This document shows positions 49,118 through 62,064 of a stretch of 64,000 bases of DNA, one piece after another. Positions within the stretch are counted from its first letter, which is position 1. The number at the start of each line of letters is the position of its first letter. The notes beneath the pieces were generated by a model. It worked only from the letters and a program-made list of their open reading frames with translations. It made no database searches and was not told where the DNA came from. The translations under genes and the position numbers were made by a program. Origin of the DNA: Torpedo marmorata (lineage: Eukaryota); the NCBI GenBank assembly GCA_977017645.1, contig OZ360234.1, positions 35,092,001-35,156,000 on the forward strand. The letters are read 5' to 3'.

Positions 49118-52100
49118 CTAAGAATAAGACAAAAATAAGTTAGATGAAAACAACAATGCAACTTGGCTTTCAGGTGGCAAAGGTGTCTCGCTTTCTCCCA
49201 AATAAGAAAATTACACATGTAGCCCATTTTTCCTGGATAAATTCATTTCTAAAAGCAGGGATAACTGTAAAAGTAAATTAAGTATTAGCATACATCTGCA
49301 ATTGGATGATAAATTTATTAACAGATCAGACTCAGCTATCTCTTATCAAATTTGCTGTTGTGCACAGCTTCATTTTAACCATGCAGAAACTAGAAATTAC
49401 ATTGTTCACCATCTTTATTCTGTGGGTACGTCCTCATGAAATATATTCATTGTGGAAACCTATTCCTTCTTAAATGCCATTATTGATCTTCAAAGTAATA
49501 GAAAAAATGTGCCTACAGAATCTAAATGAATTGCAACCATTTTTCCGAATTCTAACTTTAAATTACTTGCCCTTTACTACATTCCTGAATGCCAATTGGA
49601 ATCCATGATCAAATTGGCTATAACTCTGAGAAAAATTCTCAGGTGTCATTGATGAAAAGGGTCCAACCTGATTTGATTTTATAGATGGGTTGAGGTCAAC
49701 CAACATTGGACGGGTGCTGTGATTCAGTACAATTACTCCTAGTTCTGGAGAGTAGAGCTGAAGGTCATATCCCCCCTTTCCTTCAGTTCCCCTCTGTGAG
49801 GTAACCTAGATCTCAAAGACCACTCGTCATGGTCTAGTACAATTCTGAAGTCACTGAATGCCAAACCAAAATTATAAAGAGGAACCAATTCCAGAAATGT
49901 CAAACTTCAGAGATAAATGCTGAGGATATTAGTTCATAAACTGTGTGTATTCATGTAAACTTCACCAGTCTCCTGCAGTATAGCAGCGTTAACACAATTA
50001 TTTTACATCGTTAATGCTTCCACTGTTATAAGAGACAACTGAATATCAATATCATGTGAAACGTTTGTCATATGAAAACATTCTTGTATTGTCATTATTT
50101 TATTGTATAAAAGTACAACAAACAGCATGTATTAAAGCAGTGGTGCTGCATGTTAGACCTAAACATTCACTTGTTCACATGTCAGTCATCAACCACATCT
50201 TCAGGAAGCATTCTTCCCCACCTACATTATACACGAGTGCAATGTGAACTTTTATACACTTTACTCTCGGAGTAAGTTCACATGTTTTCTATTAGATTTC
50301 CTTTTTCAATCGGTCACATAATAAAGATTCAGCAAATGACCTGACAAGGCAATCGAGAGGTGCAACGGCACTGTTACAACTCCCGATGTTCCCCAGAACA
50401 TCAAATGAGAGCTTCATGTAGATCATCATTAATATGTTGACTTGACAGGGTGGCTTGTTACTCTGACCATCTCTGAATGAATGAGCCCCCACTACTGACA
50501 TCATATTGAATGATAGGCAGTCCAACATTTATTAAACAATGACAGCAAGTTTTCAGCTTTAAATTCCGGTGAAGAGATTTTAGCTCTTTCCACAAATGTA
50601 AGAGGACTGATTTTATGAAGCCCTCTTTTTCTCCCTTTTCAGTTTTTTGATACTTGCTGGTATTACTTGGGAAGACTTGACAGGGCTAGAAGTAATGCCA
50701 AACATCATTAGTTTACATAGAAATGTATAGTAGGGTTTGTTCAACAGCTAATTCGGTGTTCCTTCCCATCCCTCTACTCCCGAACAATCCAACTACTCCC
50801 AACACCACCCCAGTGGCCATTTGGAGTACTCCAGATGCTCTTTCGCCTGAGATGAAGTAGCTTTGTTTGAACTGGGACCTGTCCAGTCTTAGAAATAGCA
50901 CATTACACATTGGGCTGTGCATTTACCCAATAAACCAATGGATATTTAAGAACAGTTGGGAAAGATTCCACCTTTACTTATTGTTGTGAATAATTATCGG
51001 TAGTTAAAATAATTGATCAAAATTGTGCGTGTTTCAGAATGTTGTATTTGTCAGAGGGAAGAACTTGCTTTTCTTAGGCATCACAGGCATTCATCCTTGG
51101 GCAAGGTCTGATTATCAAGCCACCACTGTAAAGTGAGATTCAAATTTCTTCTCCGAATTTGTATGCAAGTAATAGCAACATTGCAAGCTGGTCATAATTT
51201 AGTTCCATTAAAGTGTACAAATATTTTTGATTTGGATTTGCTTCGTGGCCTGTAGTTTACATGACAGTCTGCCAGCCTGTCTTACATCCAGTGACTGTAA
51301 AAGGCACCCTCACACCTTTCAGATTCTGGGCTGAAACAGCGACTGCACCAACTCTCTTTAGTTGGTAAGTCCCTCCAGGATCCTGTGAAGAGGCACTTTG
51401 CAGAGAGGTTCCAACAGTTAAGGAGCCATTCACTGTGTACCCAGTAAGGTCAGCATAAATCGCACAGGAACCCATGCTGGGTGATGTTCATCAATCCACC
51501 ACCATATGTAACAGGATGTACAGAGGGTTTTTTCTTCATCTTTTTTTTCCTGAAAGTACAACTCACCCATGGATACTACGTAGGCTCAGTTTGCCCTCCA
51601 ATTTCACACCTGTTCCACTTGTGTAGGCTTAGACAGAATGTGCCCGCAGGCATTTTTGTTTTCCGTGGGTCTCTGCAGTCGACTCTATTCTTAGCCACAC
51701 TTGGCATGAACCTTTCATGAAGTGTTCAGCAACAGTTGCTGAACAGCGACTGGAACAGAAGCCATGGCAGTAATTTTCATCTAACTTGCTTCATTGGAAG
51801 TTTTGGAAATTGGACTGGTCAACCATTTTACACACTACTTGATTTTACATTCCATCGAAATAGAATGGGACAAGGGCTAAAATATGTGCCTGATGTGAAC
51901 TCATCAGTCTTCCTATTGGTGGGTTAGGTTAAAATTAGCCCTTACCCGTGGAAACATTCCTCATTAACATAAGCGTGCCAAATTCCATCTCATACCCCTC
52001 CTGCTTCCCAAACAGCAGCAATTAATTTCGAGGAGCTTGTGAAACAGCAAACCAATGCGGCTGTGCAGTCTGAACAATCCCAAGCAACAGGCACTGTCAG

Positions 52101-55100
52101 GTAAACCAGGATTTGTGATAAAGTCTTCAGTGAAATGCAAGAACCTCTTTATTGTGCACTCCATTACTCAGAAAGTGGCTGATGTTTGAGGCCATTATAA
52201 TGTCGATCTTCTCAGAATAACTGAAAAGAACCAAAAAGATGTCATTCATTAAAGAAACATGACATTGCTGTATTATCCTGTGCGCTGAGTGCCCTACACT
52301 GGCAGTTCAGCAGCTAGACCTCTTCTTACTCTGACACATCCTGGAAATAGGCGTTGGTAGCCACCAACAGCCCGTTGACCAGTGCACCACCTACAATGGG
52401 GCACAATGCAGATGGGATTTCCAAGGATACAATTTAACCTGATCTGACCATTGCATCCAAGTAGGCAACAGCAAAAAATATATAAACCCCTAAAATACTA
52501 ATGTATTCTAGTGTTCTTTAAGATGAGATGGTTGAAGTTTTGCCAACTTTGTGACTAAAGCTTAAGGTGGGTCCAATGTGTTATTTTGATTCACAGTCAC
52601 AATGATGGTAAATCTTGTGCAATGGTTTTAAATCTGTCCCTTGTGTTGCAACTTCCTGCATGCACCAGGTTGTGGTTACCTCGGGACTGACTGTCAATGC
52701 CCAATTATGATGCTAATGGGACATATTTTACTTCTGCTATGATGTCTTCTGTTAAAGTCTTTATGATACTTGGAGATATGTAGATTTACTATTTTGTGGC
52801 TACTGCAAAATCTTCAATGAAGTTTATTGTTTAGGTGCGGGAAAAAACTTGCATTCTTTCCTGACATGCTTGCATTTTTTCCCACAGCGACATCCTTTGA
52901 GAAATCCTAACCATTCACTCTATGATGTTCCAGGTAAATGGTCAGAGGGTCTGCAAGAATGATTGGGGCAGATTGGGGGTGGGGGGGGAGGGGTCAGCAA
53001 GCAGAAGTGGGGTTGGGTGAGAAAGAGGAGATCAGATGTGCAACAGGGTTGGGGGGGGGGGTGGGCCCCTGGAATTGGGAGTGATTGGGGTGAGGAGGCT
53101 GGAGCTGTGCTGTTAGTGGGGAACAAGCAGTGGTGGCTCTGGGAGAAGTGAATCCAGCTTTGTAATATGAATTTCCAGGTTTTCTTTTAAAAATAGAAAG
53201 AAGCCGTTTGGCCCTTTCAGACTATGCTGGATCACTGCACGATCCTTTATCTGGCTATTCTCCCCACAATCCCATCACCTTTCCCCAGATTCTACCACCC
53301 ACCTACACAATGGGTGACTTATAGTGCCCAAGGAAACCACAACTCCTGGTAACCCACATAGTCAAAGGGAGAACATGCAAAAACTGCACATAGAAATCAC
53401 CAGAGGTCAGAAGTGATGTGAAAGAAAGGGAATCCAGAGCAGTGTGACCTTCAATTGCAGGTTTCGGATGTCAATTCCACTAGTGGGAGAATGTCAAATA
53501 ATGGACTACAATTTCCATAAAAATAATTGATATTTTCAGGACACAGCTCAATAGGTTTGTATTAGGTAGGGTATCGAGAGCTACAGCTAAAGGCTGATAA
53601 ACGGACTTGAGATACACAATAGCAACATATTAATAACTCAGCTAATAGAACACAATCTTTAATTATTGGACCTTGTGTAGGGAAAGTTGTTGGTTCTTTG
53701 ATATAGGTTGTGCTATATGTGTTAATGTTTGAAAGAAAAGTTTACAAAGATAATATTGAGCAGATGGTAACAGTACAATTTGATATAAAACAAATATCCA
53801 ATCATACCAATACTTTCAATTGTCTAAATCAGTTTCAACTGAAGAACATAAGCTGGTGATTAGTTAATGATATCACATTATTGAATTCAACTTTGTAGCA
53901 GTTATCCAAGATGGATATGACTGCATTGCCAGATAAGCTGTGCTGGAACTCTCAGTTTAAGGTTTACTGCAGTGTTAAATAGAAATCTAACTCGTCAGCA
54001 CTCTGCCAGTAGGAAGGAAGGAAAACTCCACTTCAACACGTAGAGTCCACAGGCTGCTTAATTGCTATTAATGGAAACACACAGGCCATTTACCAGCAAT
54101 ATTTAATAGTGTAAACCCCAAGTACTCAATTTCAAATAATTCTCAGTAACTCCTGTTTGTCCCGGCTTATTGAATAATTGGGTGGATAAACATGTCCGTA
54201 TTAGCAATGGTCTCCTTAACCTGAGTAAATGGTCAAGCTGGCTTCCTTCTCCCTATGAATGTGCATGAGGAGGCAAGAGAAAAAGAGAGCATCACAATTC
54301 AGGGAACTTCCTCTTTCATTTCATTTTAGATGCCTAACATACATTATAAAGCTCACATGCTCAATTTTTAAATGGTAAACAATATCATTTTCTTTGGTTA
54401 TTATGCCATTTGCTGGCATTTATGTCCATTATTCAGTCAAATGATATCTAGAATGATAAAGTGAACCTTTACCACCTTTAAATCCAGTTTTGATTGGAAC
54501 TATATACTTGCTTTCTAAAGCCTATATCTGATTCTATTTCTTCTCAAAATGATGTGCCTAACGAGACTGTGCTCTTTCGAAGTTGAAGTGCCAGCATGAT
54601 TTTCACAGCCTTCTGCCCTGAACCCAATTACATGCATCAGACTCTGCCTGAGTACTGCATTTCTGACTGCAGAAGTGCAATTTGGTTTTTTTTTGTGTGT
54701 GTTCTACAAATTTAAATTGCCAGGTTAGTGTCAAGGTGCAGTAAATATAAACATTTTGATCATTTGAAGCTTACTCAACTATAGTCATCTGTAGCAGAAT
54801 AGGGTGAGAGGACAGACCTTCTCAGTTTGTGCTAGCACTGAATCCAGGCACCACAGTGAATCACAATTATTCTTAGTATCCGTTCGCCTTCAAAAGTACG
54901 TACCTAAACTTTTCATTTATATCATCAGTAGAAACTAATCATTCTTCAGGAATGTATTTGCTGAGCTAAGGCACAAAATTGTGGAATGTTTATTAGTGTG
55001 AGTGACAAATTTTATCATCATCTCCTAACTTCAAAATTAATCCAATTTAATCCAATTCTCCAGTATTGTTATAATTGAAAGATTTAAATTGTCTGGACAG

Positions 55101-55249
55101 GACTGGATTTACTTCAGAGCTATTGATGTGAATTCTGTTGAGACCATTATGTTCTCAGCATTGTTTCCTTTTTTTATTGTATATTTCACTAACCAGACAG
55201 TATGTTACCAGAGGTTAAATGGGAAAGTATTATACATTAGACCCACAAG

Positions 55250-57500
55250 ACCCACTGCTACACCAAGATAAGGAAGGCCTACCATTCTTTCCTGAGACCA
55301 CACTTTGGCAAGTCTGATCACCTGGCTGTGCTCCTTCTGCCTTCATACAGGCAGAGCCCAAAAAGAGAGGCTCCGGAGGTCAGGACAGCTAGAAGGTGGT
55401 CACAGGAGGCTGAAGAATGGTTACAGGACTTCCTCGAGTCAGCAGATTGGGCAGTGTTCAAGGACTCTGCTGAGAATCTGAACAAGTACACCGAGGCTGT
55501 CACACACTTTATCAAAACAGCTGTGGATGAGTGTGTCCCCACCAAATCATTCAGGGTTTTCCCCAACCAGAAGCCCTGGATGAACAATGAAATCCAGAAC
55601 CTGCTGAGAGCCAGATCGCAGGCATTTAAGTCTGGAGATCCAGATCAGTACAGCAGGAGCAGGTATGACCTGCGAAAAGCTATCTCCCGGGCGAAGTGGA
55701 GATTCCGGATGAAAATGGAAACAACAAGGGACACCCGACAGCTGTGGCAGGGTCTGAATTCCATAACCTGTTACAAAACCAAATCCGGTAAAGTAGCAGA
55801 CGGCAAAGCTTCTCTCCCAGAGGAACTCAACGCCTTCTACGCCCGATTTGACGAGAGTAACAGCGAAGAACCACCCCTCCGCACCCCCACGTCCCCTGAT
55901 GATCCTATCCTGTCCGTATCTGAGGATGACATGCGTGCTGCCTTCAGGAGAGTGAATCCAAGGAAAGCATCCGGCCCGGATGGAGTACCTGGCCGAGTAT
56001 TAAAGATATGTGCTGACCAACTTACCAAGGTATGCACGGATATCTTCAATATCTCACTCCAGCAGGACGTGGTACCCACCTGTTTCAAACAGGCGATTAT
56101 CATACCGGTGCCCAAGAAGAGTGTAGTAACCTGCCTTAACAACTATCGACCAGTAGCATTTACATCAACAGTGATGAAGTGTTTTGAAAGGCTGGTGTTG
56201 AAGCATATTAGCTCCTGTCTGAGCGGTGACATGGATACATTCCAGTTCACCTATCATAGCAACAGGTCTAAGGCGGATGCCATCTCACTGGCTCTACACA
56301 AAGCCCTGGAACACCTGGACAGCAAAGATGCATCCATCAGGATGTTCTTTATCGACTACAGTTCGGCATTTAACACCATCATCCCCTCAAAACTGATCAG
56401 CAAACTCCACGACTTGGGAGTTAACACCCCACTGTGTAATTGGATCATGGATTTCCTCACCTCCAGACCACAATCAGTGAAGAATGATAAGAACTTCTCC
56501 TCCGCAATCTCCATCATTACCGGAGCACCACAGGGCTGTGTTCTTAGCCCCCTGCTCTACTCACTTTACACCTACGACTGTGTAGCTCGGTACGACAATA
56601 ACTCCATCTACAAATTTGCAAATGATACCATGGTAGTGGGTTGTATAAAGGAAGGGGATGAGTCAGCATACAGGATGGAGATTGAAAACTTGGCTGAATG
56701 GTGCATCAAAAACAACCTTGCACTCAATGTCACCAAAACTAAGGAGCTGATTGTTGAAGTCAGGAAAGGAAAGCCAGAGGTATACAATCCAGTGATCATT
56801 GGGGGATCAGAGGTGGAGAGGGTGAGGAAATTTAGGTTCTTTGGAGTCACTATCTTGGAGGATCTTTCCTGGACCCAACACACCAATGGCATCGTGAAGA
56901 AAGCATGTCAATGCCTCTACTTCCTCAGGAGTTTGCGGAAGTTTGGAATGACACCAGAAACCCTGGCAAATTTCTACAAAGGTGTGGTGGAAAGTGTGCT
57001 GACCAGCTGCATCACGGTCTGGTATGGGAACACCAATACCCCTGAGCATAAAGCCATCCAAAAGGTAGTGGACACAGCCCAGGACATCACAGGCAAAACC
57101 CTCCCCACTATTGAGTACATCTACAGGGAATGCTGCCATTGGAGGGCAGCAGCTCACTGCTGCCATAAGGAAAGAGGTATAGGTGCCACAAGACTCGCAA
57201 CACCAGGTTCAGGAACAGCTGCTACCCCTCCACCATCAGACTCCTCAACAACAAACTCAATCAGAGATTCATTTAAGGACTCTTACTTGTGCACTTCATT
57301 GATTTTCTTTTGTTCTCTCTGTATTGCACAGTTTGTTTGCATTCGTTATCTGTTTAGTTCTTTTATTTGTTTACATGTTTACGCTGTGTAGAGTTTATTT
57401 TTTGCACTACCAATTAGTGGCAATACTGCAGCGCCCGCAGGAAAAATGAATCTCAGGGTTATATGTAATGTCATGTATGTACTCTGACAATAAATTTGAA
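55250..57500 (+). mobile_element. Rex1/Babar LINE, longest copy (end of EN domain plus RT; subfamily B)
   Basis: PHFGKSDH endonuclease end, 687-aa ORF 55328-57391, catalytic FADD mutated to FAND, deletion/frameshift near 57150, 3' tail. Confidence 0.93.
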
Positions 57501-58487
57501 AACTGAAGAAGGAAGGACCTTGCAGCTTTCCATGAACCACAAGCAGAACCTTCAGTATACACTCCTTGTTTATTCTAGGATAGAATAACATGATGCAAAT
57601 TACCAATTTAATGTAATCCACTGTCAAAATGTGGTGTCAGTGGATCTGAGGGGTCAGATACATTACAGCCAGGGAAAGCTGATGGGGGAAGTGTTGGAAA
57701 TTGAGACCTTTTGTAGCAGAATCAAGTAAGCTCTCGCACCGTCCCTTCCTAATTGGTGTTGGTCTTCTCGAGTGTCATTGCCACTGCATACACTCCTGAT
57801 TTGTCTGTTGTAAACAGAGGCAAGAGTTTGGGAACAGACTGTTGTAGTGTATCCTGCACATTTGGTCCAGTTATATTTTTATTTACTAGAGATTCAAAGG
57901 AAATCAATAAGGGGAAACTCAACCTAGAGAGCCTCTATTTATGAAACCCAGCGGCGCATATGATTTATTAAGTACTTGGATATTGCCCTGAGAAGTTCCT
58001 TTAGTGTATGCTGGTGTTGTAACCTTTACTGCATGTGCCAGGTAAAATTCCACTTTCTGACTCCTATGGACCTGTACTGTGTACTATGGCTCCTTGGTTC
58101 TACAACAGAGTTGAATACTGAGGGCAGTTACTTTTCTCTCCTGTCTGCAATGTAGCTTTACGTTGTTAACCAAACAATTTAGCTGGTGCTGAATTATGAG
58201 GAGATGGTCTGGGGTGAAAGTAAAATAAAAGCAAAATATCATAGGAAAACAAATTAAATTGAGGAATGTGATTCTGAAATGCTAAAATTCCATCTCATAG
58301 AAAGGACTTTAATGCAACATTAACCAAATTGTATTAATAAAGTTTTATATGTTGCAAAATATTTCAAGTCACTTCTCAAGAAGATAACCAAGCTTAAGAA
58401 GACATTTGGAAAGATGACCAAATTCTTAGTTTTTAAAACTTTTTTAAATTTTATTTATTTAAAAATTTTTTTTTTTTTTTTTTTTTA

Positions 58488-58727
58488 AGACATACAGCAC
58501 GGTAACAGGCCCTTTTGGCCCATGAGCCTGTGCCGCCCAATTACATCCGATTGACCTACAATCCCAGTACGTTTTGGAGGGTGTGAGGAACCAGCCCGGG
58601 GAAAATGCACACACAAACGTGGGAAGAACATACAAACTCCTTACAGACAGCGCGGGATTCGAACCCCAGTCCCAGACACAGGCGCTGTGACAGCATAATG
58701 CTAACTGCTACGTTAACCTTGCCACCC
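58488..58727 (-). mobile_element. V-SINE (HE1-like) with poly-A tail
   Basis: B-box ggttcgaatcc on the minus strand; T-run on the + strand. Confidence 0.8.
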
Positions 58728-58928
58728 TAAGCTCAAAGAGGTAAGACTTAAGTACCTTTCTGAAGGAGCACGAGAGGTGACGAGGGTAAGGAATGGAATT
58801 TTAGAGCTTAGGATCTTGCATCTCAATGACAGGATTAAATTTAGGAATGATCAAAAAGTCAAACTGAAGGTGAAACAGATATCTTGGAGCGTTTTGGCTG
58901 AGAGAAGTTGCAAAGTCCAGAGAAGTGA

Positions 58929-59130
58929 AAAGGTAAAGGTAAAGGTTCCATTATTGTCACGTAATATTACATTTAGAATGTAACATGAAATTCTTTAACT
59001 TTGTCTACCATAAGGAAGATAGAGAGTCGCTACTTTGTCCAGTGCCCCTCACAGAGGTGAGGCCCCAGCGAGGAACGAACTCGCAGCCCCTGGTTTACAA
59101 GACCAGTGCTCTAACCACTAAGCTATGGAG
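58929..59130 (-). mobile_element. Short SINE: tRNA-Thr(TGT) head, Rex1-like 3' tail and (ACCTTT)3
   Basis: Minus strand reads CTCCATAGCTTAGTGGTTAGAGCACTGGTCTTGTAAACCAGGGG..GGGGCCT, then a tail resembling family C/Rex1 ends; its first two bases are displaced to 60006-60007. Confidence 0.8.
59060..59130 (-). tRNA. tRNA-Thr(TGT)-derived sequence (SINE head, disrupted acceptor stem)
   Basis: Cloverleaf with anticodon TGT at 59097-59099; no oligo-T terminator; 5' GG separated by the LTR. Confidence 0.75.
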
Positions 59131-60001
59131 TGTTATGGACCATGACTGACCATTTGGACTGCGGACGGTCAGCAGGAAGGATGAAGTCTTTTGGAGTATA
59201 CACTGGGGCCAGGTACTGAAAGAGTTAACTTGCCCAGGACTTGGTGTACCCAGAGAGAGAGAGAGAGAGAGCAGAGAGAGACAGGCTGTGGAAAAGATAC
59301 TTTGTTGCACTTTTGCAAAAGCAGGTGCAGACCTCTGCAAAAAGCAGACAGTTGGGAGTTGCAAAGGCTAGAGAACACAGCCAAATCCAGGCTTCTGCAT
59401 CCCAGAGAAAAGGCTGGAAGAATAGCACATGGCCTCCTGTCTCAGAGAAATTCTGAGGTAAAGCAACTTTTGTGGAGAACAGGCGTGAGATCAGCGAGAC
59501 CAGCTGTGAGATCCAAGCACACGCCTAAATCAGTGGTATACTGATCTGAATTCGCAATCCTTATGAAAACACAAGAAGGGAACGTCATCAGAGAAGAAAA
59601 ACAAGCCAAGTATTTGTAAGCATAAACAGTCATTGTCTCTCTCCCAACGTTCATTCAGAAGTACTTCTACCAGCACACCGAGCTGAATTTGAAACCTGAA
59701 CTTAGAGAGTGGAATTTTGTTGACTGTATTATTCTTTTTTTGACTGACTTGTTTTTATGACTGACCTGGGTTTTTTTTTGGGAAAGTTTTTCCATTTTTA
59801 CATAAGGGTTGGGCACAGACTGTAATGGTCTGGGCTTTACACACACACACACACCTTTTAGATAAGAATAGTGTTTATAGACGTTTATAGTGGGGTTAAT
59901 TGTTGTGAAATTATATGTTTAATTGTGTTTAATAAATATAAATTTCAATTTTACCCCTTTTGAATTGCGTCTTCTGTCGTTGCTGGTTTGATTTTGTAAC
60001 A
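59131..60001 (+). mobile_element. Solo LTR (871 bp)
   Basis: TGTTA...TAACA termini, perfect 4-bp TSD GGAG (59127-59130 and 60002-60005), AATAAA near 59931. Confidence 0.85.
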
Positions 60002-60289
60002 GGAGCCACGTGGAAAGGCAACATTGTGGAAGATGTTAAAGCAAGAATGAGAATTTTAATTTGGTGATGTTGCTTAACTGGAAGTGAATGTAGGTAAAAG
60101 ATACAAGATGATGGAAGAATGAGAGCAGATGCGAGTTACAATGTGGGTAGCAGGGTTTTGAATGACCTCAAGTTTATAGAAAGAAGAACAAATATAACTG
60201 GCCATCAACACATTGAAATTGTCAAAACAAAAGCATGGATGAGGAGGAGATCAGGAGCTGAGAAGAGCTGTGCGCTACTGTAGGTAGGT

Positions 60290-61635
60290 AGGCTGGTGAT
60301 GAAGCACATCAGCTCCTGTCTGAGCGGTGACATGGATCCATTTCAGTTCACCTATCGCGGCAACAGGTCTACGGCGGATGCCATCTCACTGGCCCTACAC
60401 AAAGCCCTGGAACACCTGGACAGCAAAGATGCATACATCAGGATGCTCTTTATCGACTACAGTTCGGCATTTAACACCATCATCCCCTCAAAACTGATCA
60501 GCAAACTGCAAGACCTGGGAGTTAACACCCCACTGCGTAATTGGATCATGGATTTCCTCACCTCCAGACCACAATCAGTGAAGATTGGTAAGATCTTCTC
60601 CTCCACAAACTCCATCAGTACCGGAGCACCACAGGGCTGTGTTCTTAGCCCCCTGCTCTACTCACTTTACACCTACGACTGTGTAGCTCGGTATGACAAT
60701 AACACCATCTACAAATTTGCTGACGATACCACGGTAGTAGGTTGTATAAAGGAAGGGGATGAGTCAGCATACAGGATGGACATTGAAAACTTGGCTGAAT
60801 GGTGCACCAACAACAACCTTGCACTCAATGTCACCAAAACTAAGGAGCTGATTGTTGAAAGCCAGAGGTATACAATCCAGTGATCATTAGGGGATCAGAG
60901 GTGGAGAGGTTGAGCAAATTTAGGTTCTTGGGAGTCACTATCTCAGAGGATCTTTCCTGGACCCAACACACCAATGGCATCTTGAAGAAAGCAAGTCAGC
61001 ACCTCTACTTCCTCAGGAGTTTGCAGAGGTTTGGTATGACACCAGAAACCCTGGCAAATTTCTACAGATGTGTGATGGAAAATTTGCTGACCAGCTGCAT
61101 CACGGTCTGGTATGGGAACACCAATACCCCTGAGCGGAAAGCCCTCCAAAAGGTAGTGGACACAGCCCAGGACATTACTGGCAAAACCCTCCCCACTATT
61201 GAGTACATCTACGGGGAACGCTGCCGTCGGAGGGCAGCAGCAATCATCAAAGCCGCACACCACCCAGCACACGCTCTGTTCTCGCTGCTGCCATCAGGAG
61301 AGAGGTATAGGTGCCACAAGACTCGCACCACCAGGTTTAGGAACAGCTGCTACCCCTTTACCATCAGAATCCTCAACGAAAAAGTCAAATCAGAGACTCA
61401 TTTAAGGACTCTTACTCGTGCACTTTATTGATTTTTCTTTGCTCTCTCTGTATTGCACAGTTTCATTTTCAGTTTCATTCGTTACCTGTTAGCAGTTCTT
61501 TTGATTGTTTACATGTTTTCGCTGTATACAGTTTACTTTTTGCACTACCAATTAGTGGCAATTCTGCTGTGCCCGCAGGAAAAAGAATCTCAGGGTTGTT
61601 TGTGACGTCATGTATGTACTCTGATAATAAATCTT
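60290..61635 (+). mobile_element. Rex1/Babar LINE, 5'-truncated (subfamily B)
   Basis: ORFs 60296-60883 and 60880-61431 with GAPQG and KFADD; highly similar to 56190-57500. Confidence 0.92.
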
Positions 61636-62064
61636 TATAACACTGTGGATTTATTATATAATGCCCATTTTACGATCAAACACAACCTTTGTGTTTCAGT
61701 TAGTCCCTGGGACATGGATGGCGTTGTTGACTCGGGATTATAGATGCTAATGTTTTTATTTTCCGTTCATCCAGTGTGACAATTTAAAGACAATGGACAG
61801 GCCCAGGGATGTTACATTAAAGAAATGGCCTTGACTATAGGCATTTCTTTAGTTTTTTTTTCAATTTTAATTAGATGTTGTACATTAAGGTAGAGCAATG
61901 GAAAGGAACCTTGTAATAATGAAAATCAACAGGACTCCAGCGATACAATACCATTCAAGGCAAAATGAACAAAATCTATCCTCTTCCTAAATATGAAACA
62001 GATACTCTTCTGTGCTTCTTCTATCACACAATATACATTGTTAGCTTAAGCATAGAATTGAAAC

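Noticed and set aside
54221-54252. Minus-strand polypyrimidine acceptor with a 32-nt segment
   Set aside because: Weak donor, incompatible phase and no homology.
55328-57391. 687-aa ORF as a host gene or an active LINE
   Set aside because: 5'-truncated Rex1 ORF with catalytic FADD changed to FAND and a frameshifted C-terminus.
57749-57778. Minus-strand ATG ACA CTC (MTL..) resembling the MPP1 start
   Set aside because: In-frame stop after nine codons.
59060-59130. Functional tRNA-Thr gene
   Set aside because: Acceptor stem broken by the LTR, T-loop change, no oligo-T terminator, and fused to a retro-tail.
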